Program-made: the position numbers and the translations under genes
Assembly (NCBI RefSeq): GCF_009914755.1
Contig: NC_060926.1
Length of the DNA stretch: 64,000 bases
Reading direction: 5' to 3' (one strand)
From: the human T2T-CHM13v2.0 reference genome, Homo sapiens
Notes under the pieces: generated by a model
Seen by the model: only the letters and a program-made list of their open reading frames with translations
The model's database searches: none
Told to the model about the DNA's origin: nothing
Shown: positions 29,344 through 42,969 of the stretch, piece by piece
Layout: every line of letters begins with the position of its first letter
Position numbering within the stretch: position 1 is the stretch's first letter

Positions 29344-30069
29344 CAGACATCTGTTGGAGGTGCAAGCTGACGGCACCGCTGCCACATGTCCGACCACACA
29401 GCCCCCAGCAAGGGGAATGGAAGGAATCATGGTCTCCAATCAGTGCCTCACAGAAGCCATGACCTTCTGCAACATCAGCCTCATATGAAAGCCCCAAGGT
29501 CGGAGCATCTCCAGTTCTATCAGCCACAGGGATGCCGACCCCCTGCCTATACTCACTCAGCTGGAAGGCGGCCTGAACCTAATGGCCAAAGAGGCCAGAA
29601 GATTCCATGGATCTGGAAGCCAAGGTGGAAGCCTTTGGTCCAACTGAGCTCTGTCCCTATGGTCAACAGGCAGTTTAAACAGGTCTCAGCCAGCGTCTGT
29701 GCCAGAAGCCCAAGGTCAGGAACCACTTCATGCATTCTACATGCCATCAACACAAGACCCACTGCATGGGAATAGGGCTCAGAGATGGAGGCAAAGAGGA
29801 GACGACTGCCCCAAGGAGTAAAGAGGGAGAATGGTGAGGGGCTGATCTCAAGCATGAGCCCTAGGAACCTCACCCCCAGCTTTGCATTCCAGCATTACAG
29901 CATCTTGTTCCTACTGCAGTAAGGCCACAAGCCCAAGGGGTCAGTTAAAATGCCAAAGACTATCACATTAAGTGCCAGACTCTTATCTCCAAACAGCTTG
30001 AAAATAAACCAGCCAGAAACCAACAGGGATCTACAGCTCCAGAACTCAACATGGGGAAGTAATTCAGGA

Positions 30070-30340
30070 AGCTGGTGAAGTGTGGTGGCTAATATCACAA
30101 ACCATGATGTCAAACAAACCTGCTTTCACAGACTATTCTTCAGACTATTCCTAACTGTGCAACCTCAGGCAAATTACTTTCCCTCTCTCAGCCTCAGTTT
30201 CCTCATTTAATGCATGGAGATAATAGGGATGCCTACCTCACTGGGTTGCCATGAAGATTAAATGAGTTTGTATACGTCAAGGGCTTAGTAAAATGCAGAG
30301 TACACAGTAAGTGCTCATTAAATACAAGTTGTTATTGTTG
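30070..30340 (+). mobile_element. MIR SINE
   Basis: ctctctcagcctcagtttcctcatt..cctacctcactgggttgccatgaagattaaatgag..acacagtaagtgctcattaaata. Confidence 0.88.
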
Positions 30341-31809
30341 TAGTTCTGATTGGACAGAAAGGAAAGGGAAGGGGAAAGTCTGGCCTGAGGGGGTTTTGCT
30401 GGATGTGTCCTTGTGCAGGAAGGGGATGCAATGAGTCCCCAGATGCCCTGAGGCAAAGAGAGGCAGGAAAGAGCAGGTAGATGCCAAAAGCGGACATAGC
30501 AGGCCACCAAGCCCTCTACATGCTTCTTCTATTTTCCAATTATTGTTCTCATTTGACAGATGAAAAAATTGGGACTCAGCTGGTTGCATGGCAGGACCCC
30601 ACAGCAGCTCTGGTTTCATCACAGCCCCTGTTGCTATGGTCTCCACTCCATCCTTTGTCGGGATTGGATCCCTTTCCATCTGGAGATCCACTGGGGACAG
30701 GATGTGCCTTTCAACAACCCTCTTCCAGCTCAGCAAACAGCTGACCTGCTCGAGACTATTCCTGACCTCCGCTGCATGGCATCTGTGGTCATGTATTGGT
30801 GCCTGTACCATGAGACCCTGAAAAATGAAGCCCTGTCATACAGAGAGCCCCGCAAAGCCCATCAGCCTGCCCTGCTGCCTGAGGCAGAAGCTCAGGGCAC
30901 AGGCTTTCCAGCCTTCATTCCACAACTGTGAGTTGCAATACCTGCCCAAACAGCTCTATGCTAAATAAGCACAAGGGGTATGAGTGGAGAAAGGTGAGTG
31001 GAGATAAATCACCAGGCCCTACTTACCAGCAGAAAACAAGCCACCCAAGTCACAAGGTTGGCTGCAACAAATGTCTTAGAGGCAGAGGCAAAGATAAAAG
31101 GCTCTAGGAGTTCCAAGAAGGGAACGGAGCCTTCCGGCTGGAGAGCAGGGAGCGGGCATTTGACCCAGGTGACATTTCTGTGCCCCAGACAGCCAAATCC
31201 ACGTGGATTTAGTTCCTGACTTTCCCTGGTGAGATGCAGGAACAGGTGATGGAGCAGCTAGGAGCTCCCTCCCTGAAGGCCTGGGAGGGGAGTCAGAGTT
31301 GAAAAGTGTGCCGTCCTCCTTAAACCTACTGCATCGTCAGGCTCTGAGACTCCCCACTCCACCCTCCCCCACACCTGAGAGCTCCCAACATGGTCTGCCT
31401 GGATTTCCCTGCAGAAAGGAGTCTTACTCAAGACCCCCTTGTGACTTTGGAGCCAGCCTAACTAGGAGAGGGCTTTGACCCCATGCAAGGTGCATGGAGG
31501 ATCTGAGATCTCAACTTCTCTGCCCTCAAGTCTCCATGAGTCCTTGGACTCTGGGGGGCCTCTCTCATTAAACAAGCATGAACTTGGCCCTCTACTCCCC
31601 AGCCCTGGCATAGGTCCTGCATATAAAGCATAGACCTGAATAGGAAGCTAAAATTACACGACTTCTTAAAACTTCTCCCTGAAGACCTCGGGCTTCTCGG
31701 TTCTTCTTTCTTTCTTTAGTTATTTCACTCAATTTATTGAACAGTTATTGAGCCCTACTCTCTGCTAAGCCTGTGGTCTCTCCCTCCTTTCAAAATTCAC
31801 TTTCTTTGT

Positions 31810-31992
31810 AGTAGTGCTTCTCAAACCGAGGTGGGTTGACCCTCTGCTGCAGAAACATGAGGGGTTACAGGAGAAGGGTTTCCGAGGCTACCTCACTCTC
31901 ACTCCAAAGTGAATCAGAGCCCCATCAGTAAATATGGGTTTTTATCCAATGCTTCGGGGATCTGATGAACATTTAAATCTGAGAACCACTGA
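31810..31992. mobile_element. hAT-Charlie MITE (MER5-like termini)
   Basis: Inverted termini agtgcttctcaaac ... tgagaaccactg. Confidence 0.55.
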
Positions 31993-32129
31993 CTTAGAGC
32001 TGTTTTCTCTAGTTTTGTCCTGTGTTGTTGCTTCTCATTTTTGAACAACATACTTTTGACAACGCAACAGAATTTGATGTTTCTGCAGGGCAGGGCTGAG
32101 TCACATTCATCTTCTCTCCTAGGACACCT

Positions 32130-32310
32130 TTCTTAGTCTGTTCAAGCTGCTATAACAAATATCATAGACTGGGCAGCCCATAAGCAACAGAAATTTTTTC
32201 TTCACAGTTCTGCAGGCTGGGAAGTCCAAGATGAAGGAATCAGCAGTCTTAATACCATCATCTTGGGGGGTTAGGATTTCCATATACGAATGGTGGGTGG
32301 GGCAGGGGGA
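32130..32310 (-). mobile_element. MLT1A/B LTR, internally deleted
   Basis: tcttagtctgttcaagctgctataacaaatatcatagactggg..ttcacagttctgcaggctgggaagtccaag. Confidence 0.8.
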
Positions 32311-32364
32311 GCACTGTCAATTACTAGTTAGAATGGACCCCATACACAAACAGTGGTACTCCCA

Positions 32365-33873
32365 AATCCAGCTTCCTGGGTGTGACCTCTGTAGTCACTT
32401 GGGGCCCTGAACTTACAAGGGTCTATATTTGGTTTGATACTCTGCTATGACCATCCTGAAATTTGAACTAATTTATCTCTATGTTTGGAACTGGAATCTA
32501 ATGGGACATGGGAATGCACACGAGCAGAGGAGATAAGGGACCACATGTGCCTACCATTGCTTGCCAACCCATTGACATATAGCATTTGCAGTGCCCCATG
32601 AGTACAGAATCCCGGTAGACTCAGGATCCCTGGCAGTTCAGCAACATTCAAAGCAAGTATAAGGTAAGTGTGTAACACCTATGACTGAGTAATATGGGAG
32701 TCGTAGCTCCAAAAGTCTACATTTCCCATTCAAACCAACCTGCTTTGAAATGACTTTTAGAAACATAAACAATGAAGAGTCCCTATCATATCCTTTTCTT
32801 TCTTGTCTTGATTCCCTATATGAACCAACCATTTATTTATGCTGAAAATGATAACATAGATGGAAAAACAAGATAGCACAATCCATAGATATTTTTCCTT
32901 TCAGTCCTTTCTTACTCATCAGTAAACTGAAGGGAGAGAGAGTTGATAGGATATGTGCATATCAAGAAGTGAAGGCCAGGCATGGTGGCTCACTCCTGTA
33001 ATCCCGGCTCTTCGGGAGTCCGAGGCAGGTGGATCACTTGAGGTCAGGAGTTCAAGACCGGCCTGGCCAATGCGGTGAAATCCCGTCTCTACTAAAAATA
33101 CAAAACTAACTGGGCACGGTGGTGCACGCCTGTAGTCCTAGCTACTGGAGAGGCTGAGGCAGGAGAATCGCTTGAACTCGGGAGGCGGAGGCTGCAGTAA
33201 GCCGAGATCGTGCCCCTTACTCCAGCCTAGGCAACAGAGTGAGACTCTGTCTCAAGAGAAAAAAAAAAAGAAGTGGAATGACTAATCAGAATGGACCCCA
33301 TATATAAACATGGTACTCCCAAATCCAGCTTCCTGGGTGTGACCTCCACAGTCACTTGAATATAGACCCTGAACTTACAAGGGTCTATATTTGGTTTGCT
33401 ACTCTGCTCTGACCATCCTGAAATTTGTACTAATTTTATCTCTGTGTTTGGAACTGGAATCTAATGGGACATGAGAATGCACGTGAGCAGAGGAGATAAG
33501 GGACCACGCATGCCTACCATTATGGCAAACAGTAGTTAGTTTTGTGAGTTTCCACTGTCATATAGTCATGAATGAGCTATGAAATATAATTATGTCATTT
33601 CAGTGATTCTACTAATTAAACACTATATTTGCATCAAAAACTGGCATTTTACAATATAAAGAATAGTAAAATTGATGGTAATAATTTCATTTTTAAGTGT
33701 TTATTCACGTAGAACTACATTAAATAGCAACTTTAAAACACCATGAGGAACCATGAAAGAAAGGAAAAAACTTTAAATTTTAAAACCTTTAATGGCATTT
33801 TTTTCCTGCTGTTTGAAGAAGGGGACTACATTTTTATTTTGTACTAGGGCCAGCAAATAATGTAGCCAGCTCT
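32365..33873 (+). mobile_element. MER45B-like hAT-Tip100 DNA transposon containing an Alu and a duplicated block
   Basis: 5' ccagcttcctgggtgtgacctctgtagtcac and 3' tttgaagaaggggactacatttttattttgtactagggccagcaaataatgtagccagctctg match MER45 termini. Confidence 0.75.
32974..33267 (+). mobile_element. AluS (Sx/Sz-type)
   Basis: Full dimer with A tail; TSD aagaagtg(g)aa on both sides. Confidence 0.95.
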
Positions 33874-34113
33874 GGTTATACCCATACAGGTACAGATAAA
33901 TATCTATATATGTAATATAGATGCTGTATTGCATCTGTAATATAGCAGATGAATACTGGATGACACTTATCTGGATAATAGTGGAAGAAATTTGCAGATG
34001 TCAGAGTTAGAAGCAGTAATATTCTGGGGCTGGCTCCTACCATTCATACCAGCTCTCAGCAGCCAAGTGGGTGCATCTCACCCAAGTTTGCATTCAATGA
34101 CATCACGTTGTAG

Positions 34114-34552
<439 letters not shown>

Positions 34553-35483
34553 TAGTTCAATTTCCTCATGATGACAGAAACAGAGAGGAGAAGCAATTTT
34601 CCAAGGTCCCACCACTTCTAAGAAGGAGCTCATCATGTTCTGTTTCTGAGGTCCTAGCATGGAAAAGAGTGACCCCAGGGAGCCCATAGTAAACCAAAAC
34701 CCAAAAATAACGGGCATCCAGAATCCTGGCAGATATCCCAGTGCCAGTCTGGCCTGCTCCTCCCGGCAGGATGCATGCCCTCCTAGGATAATATTGGGAT
34801 TAACTGGGACTGGTTATGTCCTCCCTGGGTTGTCCTGTCACCAGGCAGGAAGGGTAACCTTTGTTTAGATATGCTGGGTCTCACTCCAGAACATGCTTCC
34901 TGGCCCATAATTACTTTCAGAGCATGCTGTTTCCACTTAGGGAAACCTGAGCTTCCTTCCAAATGGCACCGGACATGACCTGAAATTATATGTTTGCCTG
35001 CCGAAATGGACACACTAGTCAAGCCTGCTGCCTTCAAGTCACAATGGATTAAGTTGTAGGAGGGGGCCATGCTGCTGGGCGAAGCTGAGCTGGAAAGGGG
35101 GGCCTCTCATGAGTCTAGAAATCTGAGTTGTGTTTTCTCCACCCATGCCTGGACCAGCTCCAGGGCACAGCTCTGCAGCCTGAGCCACTGGGGACTGATC
35201 AGGGCCATGCTCTGCCTGAAGTCTTTGTTAGTTAATGTGAAACACATTTTCTAATCACCCATGATGTGGCAGGCATTAGAGATTCAACCCTGAGTGAAAC
35301 GTTTATCCTGTCTTTATGAGGCTCACAGTCTGACAGCAAATAATTACAATTTAAAGGAGACTGTGATGTAATCCTTGAGAGAAGGAAACGTAATGTGATT
35401 AATTCCTGCTCAATGGAGTGGTGTGACAAGAGATGATATTCAACCTTGATACTGAAGGACAGGTAAGACTGAATCCTTTACTG

Positions 35484-35812
<329 letters not shown>

Positions 35813-35914
35813 TAAGCACTTGCATGAACATCAGTGAATTTCATTCTAATAAGCATGCTGTCAAGTGAAATGAGAAAGATGGTACTGGAAATAAGGTTCA
35901 AGGTGATTTTTCCA

Positions 35915-36337
35915 TGAATATGATTTGTATCTGTGTCACCACCCAAATCTCATGTTGAATTATAATCCCCAGTGTTGGAGGTGGGGCCTGGTGGGAGGTG
36001 ATTGGATCACGGGGATGGATTTCTTATTAATGGTTTATCACCATCCCCTTGGTGCTGTCCTCACAATAGCGACTGACCTCTCGAAAGCTGGTTTTTTAAA
36101 AGAGTGTGGCACCTCCCCCTCCCTCTCTTGCTCCTGCTTTCACCAGGTGATGTACCTGCTCCCCCTTCCCCTTCTGCCATGATCGTAAACTTCCTGAGGC
36201 CTCCCCAGAAGCTAAGCAATGTCAGCACCACACCACCTGTAAAGCCTAGAGAACAGTGAGCCAATGAAAGCTCTTTTCCTTATAAATGACCCACTCTTAG
36301 GTATTTCTTTATAGTAATACAAGAACAGCCTAATACA
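35915..36337 (+). mobile_element. MST-family MaLR LTR
   Basis: cccaaatctcatgttgaattataatccccagtgttggaggtggggcctggtgggaggtgattggatca..gaacagcctaataca. Confidence 0.9.
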
Positions 36338-36579
36338 CCCATGATCATGTAAGTAGGCAAGGAAGAAAGGGGCTGAAAACACAATAGCTAGGAAAAGAGA
36401 GTAGATGTTAGTTGTCGTCTAACTAGAAAAGGAGTTGGTCTTAGAAATTAAAGTGAGGAAGGGGTGATTCTCAAGTCCCAAGATCCTGATACAAGGGCAT
36501 CTCCCACGCTCTTCTCACTGGAAGTTATTGCCTCATCCCTCTCTCCCACTCTGGCTTCTTTCTGCAGCCCCTGGTTCCC

Positions 36580-36904
36580 TCAGTTCTGGAGACTCGAAGT
36601 CTATAATCAATGGTTGGCAGGATTGGTTCCTTCTGAGGGACATGGGAGAAGAATCTGCTCCAGGCCTCTCTCCTTGGCTTGTGGATGACCACCTTCATGT
36701 CATCTTCCTTCTACATGTGTCACTGGGTGCAGATTTCTCTTTTTTATAAGGACACTAGTCATATTGGACTAGGACCCACTCCTAATGACCTCACTTTAAC
36801 TTGATTACCTCTGTAAGGACCCTATTTCCAAGTCCCATTTTGGGGTGCTGGGGGTTATGACTTCAACATATGAATTTGAGGGGACACTATTCAACCCACA
36901 ATAC
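36580..36904 (-). mobile_element. MLT1B/C-type LTR fragment
   Basis: cagttctggagact..ttataaggacactagtcatattggactagg..cttcaacatatgaatttgaggggacactattcaaccc. Confidence 0.85.
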
Positions 36905-38014
36905 TAAGCAAAAATTTCATCTACTCTCACAACACCCAATGATCCCCGGCTCCACCTGTTTCACGGAAAGGTAGAACTAAGCCCACGCATGACAAGCTGC
37001 CTGTCCACTGGTGCTATAGCGAATCCTCAGCAGGAGCCAGAAGCTGACCCAGCACACGGACTCCCAGCCCAGAGTGGTCACCACAGGCTCCTGTAAAGCC
37101 AGAAAGCAGAGGCTTCGGAACAGGAGTCTGAGCCCATCCAATACCATGTGGTTTGCTCAGGGAATCTTTTATTTACTTTAAAATATAGACATATAGAGAG
37201 CTGCATGCTCTCCAACATATGTGAAACAACCTCGGTTCAGATGATCTGCAAAACCCCAAATTGTCCCCATTAGGTTCCCAGGAACTTCTTTGCTGACCAC
37301 TACTGGACCTCAAACCCCATGGCCTGGATGGCCTCCAGTGAGTCATTCCGGTCACTCCAGAGTCTGAAAATCCATCACATGACCCCCATTCCTGCCCCTC
37401 CTTGGCCACATCAGCAGAGCTTTCTAAGTCCATGCTCAGTTCAAATTCAAAAATAATGCTCTTTCCTTTTTTCAAAATCCTGCATGATCTTCTGGATAAT
37501 CCTATCCTAGGTCTCCCATGGGTGACCTGACAATACAGGGGAAGGAATTTAGATTGGAGGCTAGGGAGAACTCCAAATGCACCCAGCATAGCTTAGCAAG
37601 CTTAGTACCTCTGTCTTGGCCACTCAAGCAGCTCTGATCAACCCCTGGGTTGAAATTCAGGAGACTTCCTGCGGCCGTGCTGGTAGGAGATTATTGGTTA
37701 TGGAAATTCTGAAGCTACACCTGGTTCTCTCTGTGGCTCAACTGAATATCTAAGTAATGAACTCAACTTCCTGTGGATACCCTATGTAGGAGTAAAGACT
37801 TTAAAATATGCGCTGGGGAATCAATTCATACCTCCAAAGGAGCAGGACTTCTTAGGGACCATCACCATAATTGCTGTCATCACCAGAACTTTGTGATGAA
37901 CTTGTGAGCTATGACACAGTGTCGAGCTACAGACAGGGCTTCAGACTGAGTCTTGGCTCTCTGGTTCACAGTTAAAAGCAGGCACTGCAGAATAAACTGA
38001 CTCTTAGACTGCCA

Positions 38015-38488
38015 CTGTGTTGGTCATTTGCCTGTTTGGTCTGCATGCTAGTTCATTTCTGCCCTGTTCTGCACTGCAGAATACTATATTTCTTAGGCTT
38101 TCTTGCTTGCTGACTTCAGGATAGCTTTGACCAATGGGAGGCATGACAGAAGGCTGAAGGAAGAGGGAGGCCACGCTGTTTCTGCCACTCTCTTTCTGCT
38201 CTGGGCAGCATCTCAGGGAGTGTCAGCCTTGCTCCATGGCCCTAGCTCCCACCACACAGGCCAGCCATGGTCTTAGCTTCTGCAGGTGGCCCCATCCTGG
38301 TGGCCAGTAAAACCACCTCCCCCTTATTCCTCAGCCCTAGGGAGGAGTCTTGGAAGCTTCCATGTCATTAATTCCCATTTGGTTTCTCAGCTCTCCCGTC
38401 TCTGCATAACCAATTCCTTGTGTTCAACTCTTGCTATGTAACACACTCAGAGTGGTTTCTGTTTTCTGCCTGAACCCTGACTAATAGA
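38015..38488 (+). mobile_element. LTR33-like (ERVL) LTR
   Basis: tgtgttggtcattt start, tttgaccaatgggaggca internal, end gtggtttctgttttctgcctgaaccctgactaata. Confidence 0.65.
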
Positions 38489-39952
38489 GCAAATGACAGA
38501 AATTCAATCAAACTAGCCAGGAAGGAGAAAGAATTTGTTCTTCACAGAAGGAAACTGTGGGAAGGGCAGGGCGCAGCTGGGTCTCAGAGCAATTGGATCC
38601 AGAACTGTCTGTGTTGCTCATCTCTGCTCCTCTCTACAAGCCAGCTTCCTTCCCCCAGACAGGCTTCCTCCACATTCCTTGGGAAATTGTCCTGAGCAGC
38701 TCTTAGACTCGCATCTTTGGGCTCAATGCCAGAAGGGAACAACTGTTTTTCTTCTAATCCAATTTAAAAGACAAAAGGTAAGGGCTTCTATCAGTCTAGC
38801 TTGGGTCAGTGTCCACCTCCATGGCCAAGGGACCAGGGAACTGGTTGACAAAACCTACTAGAGTCACATGGTTGGGGAGTGTCCAAGAAAACGGTGCCAG
38901 AGTCACCACTTAAGTGATAAGGCTTATTAGGAGGCACAATCTCAAGGCAAAGACTTCTCACTCTCTCAAGAGAGAAAGGAAAGGGGTGAATGCAAGGAAT
39001 GCATTTCCAAGCTACCCACAGCTCCACAAAGGGACACAGCCAGTTTCTGATTCACAGAGGATGTCTTCACACATCCGAGGCATAATCACTGCCCCTGAGA
39101 ATCTTCCATCCCATAGAAGAAAAGAGAAAAAATTGTCTGCTGGATCCCTCGCATCTCCTGTCTTTCATAGGTCAAAGTTTTCTACATGAGGCACTATCTC
39201 CCCATGTTGCTGGGCTGTAGCCTTGCTTGGCATCTTGGGGCAGTCCCTACCAAAGGCATCAAAGAAGCAAGGAAAGCAGTGTGGCACTTCAGCAGAGACT
39301 AGAATGGGGAGGCATCTGAGGATCAGGTTGGATCAGGTTGGCCACAGCAGAAGCAGTAGAGGTGATGTTGGAGCTCAAAACTCATCCCACAGGAGGGAAC
39401 CCATGGGCAGCAGCGTGACTGTGGCAGCAGACACAGAGGATCAGTCTCCATGAGCAAGCAGTGAGGTCCTAAGAGAAAAGAAAGGTCCAGCAAATCCGAG
39501 GTGATGCAGACATTAAAGCAATGGGGTGGGAGGGGCAGGCCCCAAAAGGACAGCGCTGTTCTTAGCAGGAAGGGGTCATATAGGGACAAAACAATAGGTT
39601 CAGGAATAGAAGCCTGCCAGGTTGAACAACAAAAGATTCAACCAAAACAAGGTATTTGTAGAATGTAGACATCAAGGGCAAACAAACAGGTATAGGCAAT
39701 GCAGACAGAGCCTCAGAGGTGGGCTTGCCAGAGCTGTATCAGTGTTCTCCACTTTTCTCCCTCTCTCAACCCTGACCACAGCTCTCCACTTTCATCTTCC
39801 CTTCTTCTGAGCATCTGTTCTGGGCCAGAGCCCATCTCAGGCAAATAATGCATGGTCTGTGCCTGCATTCGTATACCTGATTCCAAGTACGTCTCACCTT
39901 CTCCTCAACCAAGCCATCATCTCCCACCAGTCTCCATGATCCTCTCCTAACT

Positions 39953-40650
39953 CAGTGGTCCCCAACTGTATTAATCCTTTTTCATGCTGCTACAAGGACA
40001 TACCCAAGACTGGGTAATTTATAAAGAAAAGAGATTTAACTGACTCACAGTTCTGCAGGGCTGAGGAGGCCTCAGGAAACTTAAAATCATGGCAGAAGAG
40101 AAAGCAAACACATCTTTCTTCAGAAGGCAGCAGGAGAGAGAAGAATGAGAGCCGAGCAAAGGGGGAAGCCCCTTATAAAACCATCAGATCTCAAGACAAC
40201 TTACTATCACAAAAATAGCATGGGGGAAACCTCCCCCGTGATTCAATTACCTCCTACTGGGTCCCTCTTGTGACACATGGGGATTATGGGAACTACAATT
40301 CAAGATGATATTTGGGTGGGGACACAGCCAAACCATATCACCAATCTTTGTGGCACCAGGGACCAGTTTCATGGTGGACCAGGTGTGGGGGTAGGGGGAG
40401 AAACTGTTCCATCTCACATCATCAGGCATTAGGTTCTCATAAGGAGCACAAACCTAGGTCCCTTACATGCACAGTTCACAGTAGGGTTTGTGCTCCTATG
40501 AGAATCTAATGACACCACTGATCTGACAGGATGTGGTGCTCAGGTGGTAATGTTTGCTCACCCCCTCCCCCACTCACCTCCTGCTCTGTGGCCTGGTTCC
40601 TAATAGGCCATGGACTGATACCTCTATGGCTTGGGAACTGGGGTCCCCTG
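39953..40650 (+). mobile_element. MER1B hAT-Charlie element, split by THE1
   Basis: Termini cagtggtcccc / ggggtcccctg; 8-bp TSD tcctaact at 39945-39952 and 40651-40658. Confidence 0.85.
39967..40340 (-). mobile_element. THE1-family solo LTR
   Basis: tgtattaatcc ... gggtggggacacagccaaaccatatca; TSD ccaac/ccaat. Confidence 0.93.
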
Positions 40651-42921
40651 TCCTAACTGGTCCCCTGCTTTTCCATCTTTGTTTCACTTCAGTGTCTTCT
40701 ATACACAGCAACCAGGTGATCCTTTTAAAACCCAAATCAGATCATATTTATTCCCTTCCTCAAATCCTCCAAAGACTTCCCATCACACCTCAGACAAAAT
40801 CCATGCTCATTGTTCCCCCGGCATGATCTGACCTCCAGCTTCCTGCCCGCCATTCTCCCCTTCACTGCTCCCAGTTTCAACTGCACTGGCCATCTTGCTG
40901 TTCTAGAGCCCAGGCAGCATGCTCCCACCTCAGGGCCTTTGCTCCTGCTGTTTTCCCTCCTTAAACCACTCTTCCTCCAGAGAGCAGCGTGGCTCGTGCC
41001 CTTGTTTCTTTCAGGGCTATGTCCAAAGTCAGCTCCTCAAAAAGGCCTCCCTGATCATCCAAGCTAAAACAGCACTCTGCTCCATGCTGTTCCCCTTACT
41101 CTGTTTCTCTAGTCCTTATAATACTACTTACCATTCATGACATCAAATTATGGGTGGGGGGGTGCAGGTTTATTTCTCCCTCTTCTCCCTTCCTTTTAGA
41201 ATGTAAGCTGCATGCAGAAAGGGGCTTTGTTATATTCCCTACTGTAGCTAGAATAATGCCTGACACCACCGAGCTCTCAATAAATATTGGTGCAATAAAT
41301 GGATTAATCTGGTGGGAGACAGATTGGCCACTACGGTATGACAAGGGCTGGCATAGATACAAGAACAAGAGTCTTGGGTTACATTCTCCAGCCAGAGGGG
41401 TCTGGGAAGTCCCAAAGGGCATGAGCAGCTGGGATTCATCCTGCTTGCAGTTTCCAAACCAGTTCAAAAACAACAGGAGATTCTGATCAGACAGAGTTGG
41501 CTGATAGGGAAGAGCCAAACTGCTTCTGGTGCGGGGCAGTTCAAGGTGAGCTCAATGAAGTCACTTAGGGCCTGTGCTTAAAATACTGTTTATTTTCTAT
41601 TTTTAAAAATGTTTGTCATTGAAATGTCATGGTGGAAGGGGAGTTTGGGAATCATCTAGGCCAGCTATCCTAGCTGCACGGGTCAGAAAACTGCATCTCA
41701 GAGACAGAAAATGACTTTTTCCAAGTGACAGGGTGAGTTGGTGGTCAAGTCTGCTCCCCTGTCTGGGATGCATAGACACTCTTGGCTTCTCGAGTGCCTA
41801 GAGGATTTGGTCCCAGGGATACTTATCCTTTCAGACAGCAGCCTCTGAGAACCTTTTATGCCAGTATATTGCTAAAGTGAAACCTGGCTACTAGAGAAAG
41901 CCTCTCTGTGTTTAAATTCAAATGTGTGGTTTGTCAGAAAAGTAAGGATTTTACTGCTGTTATTTAAAAAATGGTTCTGTAAACATCATGAGGGCAAGGA
42001 CACCTGTCTTATTCACCACTGCATTCTAAGTACCGGCCAGGTGCTGGACACATGGTAGGTACCCAGTCATTATGGTTGAATTAACTGGTTAAGGAAACTA
42101 GAAAGTAATTCTTCCAGAAGAAAAAAGTTGAGCATGAAACTTGGTATTCTCTCCATTTTGCATCCGTATGGGGGGAAGATGCAGGGAGGCTTAGATTTTA
42201 GAATGATGATGGGAGTGTTAGAATGACAAACTAAGGGATTTTTCTGGTTCCAGTAACTTGGTATGGATTAAAAAGCAACAACTTTCGTCACTCAGCACTC
42301 ATGGTGTTTTCCTCAATTTACAAAGTAATAAGAGTTGGCATGAAACTTGAGAGTTATTCATATCCTTGTAGGGTTTAACTTAAGTGGACATGTCACAAGA
42401 AATGTCCTAATAAAGCTTTGATTATGAAATTACCAATTTTCCATCTGCCAACAATATTAGGGAAAAGGCTACTTTATTGTACTTAGGAGTTTGCCTCTTT
42501 TTCAACTTGCTTTTTACAACTTCACTCATCAATAGTTTTAACAATGTGTTCTATTCCATTCCAGGATGTGGGAGTCAATCATGTGTAACAAAAGGCCACC
42601 ACTGCCACATGCCCTAAGACATGAACAAACCCCTCATAAGCTGAGTCAGCAGATCTAAATTGATAGCCAGACAGCAGAGGCTGAGGACAGCGCCTCCCTC
42701 AAAGCCAAACAACAGGGTTTCCTGGACTGGGCCATTCTTTAGAGGCCCCACTCCGGCCTTCCTCTGGCCTTAGGGCTCTTCACAGGGCAAGGATTTCACA
42801 GGCCCAAGAGAAGATACCAGACCAAAGCTCAGGGCTTCCTTCTGAACCACACACTCTGGGTTCCTGTCTGGGCCTCTGCCCAGGGTGTCCCCCTGCAAGA
42901 TTGGAGCCAACCACCCCTCTA

Positions 42922-42922
42922 G

Positions 42923-42967
<45 letters not shown>
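42922..42967 (+). repeat. (GC)5(AC)18 alternating purine-pyrimidine repeat
   Basis: Read directly. Confidence 0.95.

Positions 42968-42969
<2 letters not shown>

Larger units (their letters stand above)
39870..41305 (+). mobile_element. L2 LINE 3' region (host of MER1B and THE1)
   Basis: cacagcaaccaggtgatccttttaaaacccaaatcagatcat..tagaatgtaagct..gctctcaataaatatt L2 3' end. Confidence 0.8.
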
